This document shows, one piece after another, positions 63,162 to 64,000 of a stretch of 64,000 nucleotides of DNA. The DNA comes from a virus. Taxonomy: Duplodnaviria; Caudoviricetes. The DNA lies in IMG/VR virus record IMGVR_UViG_3300005611_000014, positions 6,080 through 70,079 of that record; one strand, 5' to 3'. The first letter of the stretch is position 1, and every line of letters starts with the position of its first letter. The notes beneath the pieces are model-generated. The model did no database searches. It was not told the DNA's origin and saw nothing but the letters and a program-made list of their open reading frames with translations. The position numbers were made by a program, and so were the translations under genes.

Positions 63162-63320
63162 ATGAAATTTTTATCTTCTAGTGATGTGCAGGGTAAATTT
63201 ACAAGATTTGGAAAGCTGCTTTATTGCAGAACACCCTATTCAAATTTCAATTATGGTCAAGGTGTAGCTAACAAAATCGCATGGCGTTTTTACTGGATTA
63301 CACCAAACAACACTAAATAA
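63162..63320 (+). CDS. Small hypothetical protein, 52 aa (not in the ORF track)
   Basis: CGGAG RBS, MKFLSSSDVQGKFTRFGK...WRFYWITPNNTK-stop. Confidence 0.45.
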   Translation: MKFLSSSDVQGKFTRFGKLLYCRTPYSNFNYGQGVANKIAWRFYWITPNNTK

Positions 63321-63344
63321 TGTCGAACAAGAAGGAGTTAGGGA

Positions 63345-63548
63345 ATGGCTGATATAACAATGTGCGTAAATAGCGTTTGTCATGCTCGAAGTTACTGCTA
63401 CAGGCAGCAAGCAAAGCCACACCCAACACGACAAAGCATGGCTGACTTTACGCCAAAAAATAACGTATTTGGTGAAGGCTTTGAGTGTGATAATTTTTAC
63501 TCGATGCAAGAAAACTGGTTTAAAGAACAAGATGCTAAAACTAAATAA
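63345..63548 (+). CDS. Small Cys-rich, probably metal-binding phage protein
   Basis: MADITMCVNSVCHARSYCYRQQAKP...ECDNFY. GGAG RBS. Confidence 0.65.
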   Translation: MADITMCVNSVCHARSYCYRQQAKPHPTRQSMADFTPKNNVFGEGFECDNFYSMQENWFKEQDAKTK

Positions 63549-63565
63549 TGTCGGAGTAACTAAAT

Positions 63566-63835
63566 ATGGATTTCAATCAAGCATACGAAAAAATCAGCAA
63601 TCTTGAGAAGAAGGTTGCACAACTTGAAGCCGAAAAACTAGAACTACAAAGCGATGTAACAACCAAGATTATTTACAACCAAAAACTTAGGGATGAATTT
63701 CTTACTCAAGAAAAAGACATACTGAAAAAGATAGAAGTTCAGGCAAACCAAACAGGCAACAAAGGTTTATTTATGCGCATACGTTGGCTGTTTTTTGGAT
63801 TTGATGGTAAGCCATTTATTACACTATACCGCTAA
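63566..63835 (+). CDS. Coiled-coil hypothetical protein
   Basis: CGGAG RBS, heptad pattern ISNLEKKVAQLEAEKLELQ. Confidence 0.6.
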   Translation: MDFNQAYEKISNLEKKVAQLEAEKLELQSDVTTKIIYNQKLRDEFLTQEKDILKKIEVQANQTGNKGLFMRIRWLFFGFDGKPFITLYR

Positions 63836-63860
63836 TTTGTCGCTAAGGAGTGACTTGGAA

Positions 63861-64000
63861 ATGAAAAAACAAACGATTAGATGGATTATAAATAACAGTG
63901 GCACTAAACCAAAACGGCATACCCACTATCTAATAAAGACTAACTGGCGCAAAGCGGTGGCGTACTGGGAAAAAGATGAGGATGGTAATTTTCACTGGAT
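63861..64000 (+). CDS. 5' part of a gene running off the right edge
   Basis: TAAGGAG RBS, MKKQTIRWIINNSGTKPKRHTHYLIKTNWRKAVAYWEKDEDGNFHW, open to the window end. Confidence 0.55.
   Translation, partial: MKKQTIRWIINNSGTKPKRHTHYLIKTNWRKAVAYWEKDEDGNFHW

Overview
This window is most of the genome of an N4-like podovirus (Schitoviridae). The host is probably a marine or aquatic Gram-negative bacterium (inference from the gene content). From left to right it contains: (1) a + strand replication module (family A DNA polymerase, PD-(D/E)xK nuclease, helicase-primase, AAA ATPase, SSB); (2) a long - strand late operon with a 3355-aa cysteine-free virion RNA polymerase, ejection/structural proteins, major capsid, scaffold and portal; (3) a roughly 13-kb translationally coupled cassette (29717-42989) between portal and endolysin that N4 itself lacks, encoding a heparinase II/III-like lyase fold protein, a signal-peptide-bearing FG-GAP/ASPIC/(alpha/alpha)-barrel protein, an intact S8 subtilase flanked by two C1q-like paralogues, and an FN3 domain split across two in-frame genes; (4) M15 endolysin, a lipoprotein, a 1890-aa modular tail fibre, terminase and an HTH gene; (5) the late/early strand switch where the terminal repeat is expected (about 52870-53380); (6) + strand early/middle genes including a Toprim protein, the two-subunit RNA polymerase II, RusA and many small ORFs. 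The main candidates for novelty are the enzyme cassette, a natural Tyr-to-Phe substitution at the vRNAP motif B sugar-discrimination residue, and a roughly 490-nt densely base-paired non-coding region (61233-61720). No tRNA, CRISPR array, integrase or transposase was recognised. All family assignments come from motif recognition by eye; no database searches were run.
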